A stretch of DNA of 64,000 bases. Source: the human T2T-CHM13v2.0 reference genome, Homo sapiens. The translations under genes were made by a program, and so were the position numbers. Positions 62,636-64,000 of this stretch are shown one piece after another. How positions within the stretch are numbered: position 1 is the first letter of the stretch; each line of letters opens with the position of its first letter. The notes under the pieces are model-generated. The model had not been told where the DNA came from. It worked only from the letters and a program-made list of their open reading frames with translations, and searched no databases. The stretch is taken from NCBI RefSeq assembly GCF_009914755.1, contig NC_060927.1; one strand, written 5' to 3'.

Positions 62636-62925
62636 TTTTTTTTTTGAGACGGAGTCTGGCCCTGTCGCCCAGGCTGGAGGGCGGTGGCGCCATCTCGGCT
62701 CACTGCAAGCTCCGCCCCCCGGGTTCCCGCCATTCTCCCGCCTCAGCGTCCCGAGTAGCTGGGACTACAGGCGCCGCCACTACGCCTGGCTCATTTTTTG
62801 TATTTTTAGTAGAGACGGGGTTTCACCGTGTTAGCCAGGATGGTCTCGATCTCCTGACCTCGTGGTCCACCCGCCTCGGCCTCCCAAAGTGCTGGGATGA
62901 CAGGCGTGAGCCACCGCGCCCGGCC
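62636..62925 (-). mobile_element. AluY, CpG-rich with an atypical substitution spectrum
   Basis: gcaagctccgcc...ccgtgttagccaggatggtctcgatctcctgacctcgtg; TSD tggctctgt at 62626 and 62926. Confidence 0.95.
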
Positions 62926-63379
62926 TGGCTCTGTTTTTATTAGAAAAATTCTCAATCGTCGTCTTTTAAGTGAGTCAACCTAATACCTTTTAATTTTGTG
63001 CAAAGTTCTCTGTTTTAATAACTTTTAATTTAGTGCATATATCATATACTGGAGAATTATCAATTTATTTGATTCTTTTAGCAATTTATATTTTGGTAAT
63101 TCTGTGTTAATAATGTGATTTGTATTTGGTTACGCAGTTGCCGATAATCCTGTGGCATTACAGAGTTTGATTTATGCGGACGATCCTTGGACTTAAAAAG
63201 GATTACTGACCATTTAAGAAAGATTAATTAATGAGTATAACATTGAGTCCTAACTCTGCTAATGCTTGTCTAAGCTACACACAGATACATGCACAGACAC
63301 ACATACCCTCAAATCTCATAGCAAAAATGACCAAATTACAACAAAGGGGATAGTATCCTATCCTGCTAGGCCATCACAT

Positions 63380-63530
63380 TATGGATCAGCAGTGTAGAGC
63401 AAGTCTTGTGGGGCCTGATCTTGCTCTTACAAGCTTTGGGATCTTGGGCAATTCAGTTTCCCTAAGCTCAGTTCCTTATTTATAGTCAGTGAGATGAATC
63501 CTATGGTCTCTTAGGTTCCTTTTATTTCGT
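63380..63530 (+). mobile_element. MIR SINE fragment
   Basis: gatcttgggcaa.tca.tt..cctaagctcagtt.ccttatttata. Confidence 0.55.
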
Positions 63531-64000
63531 AATTCAAAAAGTTGAAGTTAGAGGTTAATAATTTTGTATTGGTAAGACTGCAATAGCAGTCTTCTTCTTA
63601 TAATTAATAAATTAAGAAGTTACAGGGAACAAGGGAGAAAGGTAAATTCATTTATAGGGATAAGACAATAAAAGGGTACAATTAATTTATTTGGTCACCA
63701 GTGTTCTTGTTTTCTTGCTGAATTTTATGGGATGGGAACAGATCTAGGAAGGAAGGCTCGTCTGTACCCTTTTGCCCTACCTGACGTAAAACTCAGGACT
63801 GACCCATCCTAAAATCATTCATTTAGAAAGAATCCCTCATAACCGTGTTAGCTCAAGGTTATCTTGTATCTGATTTCTCTCTTCCTGCATAGGTTGCAGA
63901 CTGAAGAGCATTAAAATATCTGTTTTCTTAGTGGTTTTCCTTTCTGGATTTGAATAATTCACTTGATTCTTCCAGGCTACTTAAATGAAAGAGTGTTATC

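Noticed and set aside
62860-62885. PRDM9-A 13-mer in the GC-shifted AluY
   Set aside because: ccgcctcggcctc lacks the required T at position 7 of CCNCCNTNNCCNC.

Overview
Mammalian (primate, most likely human) genomic DNA: AT-rich, with no intact protein-coding ORF, RNA gene or CRISPR array. All long ORFs in the track derive from repeats (Alu, L1 ORF2, Tigger1) or are chance T-rich frames. Much of the window is interspersed repeat: about 15 Alu/FAM/FLAM/FRAM, two L1PA5-like copies, L1PA13-16/MA/MB/M fragments, a near full-length Tigger1, MaLR/ERV LTRs, MER DNA transposons, L2 and MIR. Repeat family names come from recalled consensus sequences, not from a RepeatMasker run. Main leads: (1) a very old Ty3/Gypsy protease-RT-RNase H fossil on the minus strand (~8.8-12.3 kb), split by an L1 at the position of the YxDD motif; (2) clusters of plus-strand splice-site-bounded segments (0-1.1, 6.8-7.3 and 57.3-63.2 kb) plus a 24-nt neural-type microexon, which may be exons of a disabled gene or lncRNA that I could not identify; (3) an L1 carrying a 3' transduction whose target site was re-used by an Alu, giving a triple TSD; (4) an AluY with an AT-to-GC substitution pattern suggesting GC-biased gene conversion; (5) a twin-primed L1 that shares private variants with its neighbour; (6) a 240-bp templated local duplication and several enhancer-like motif clusters.
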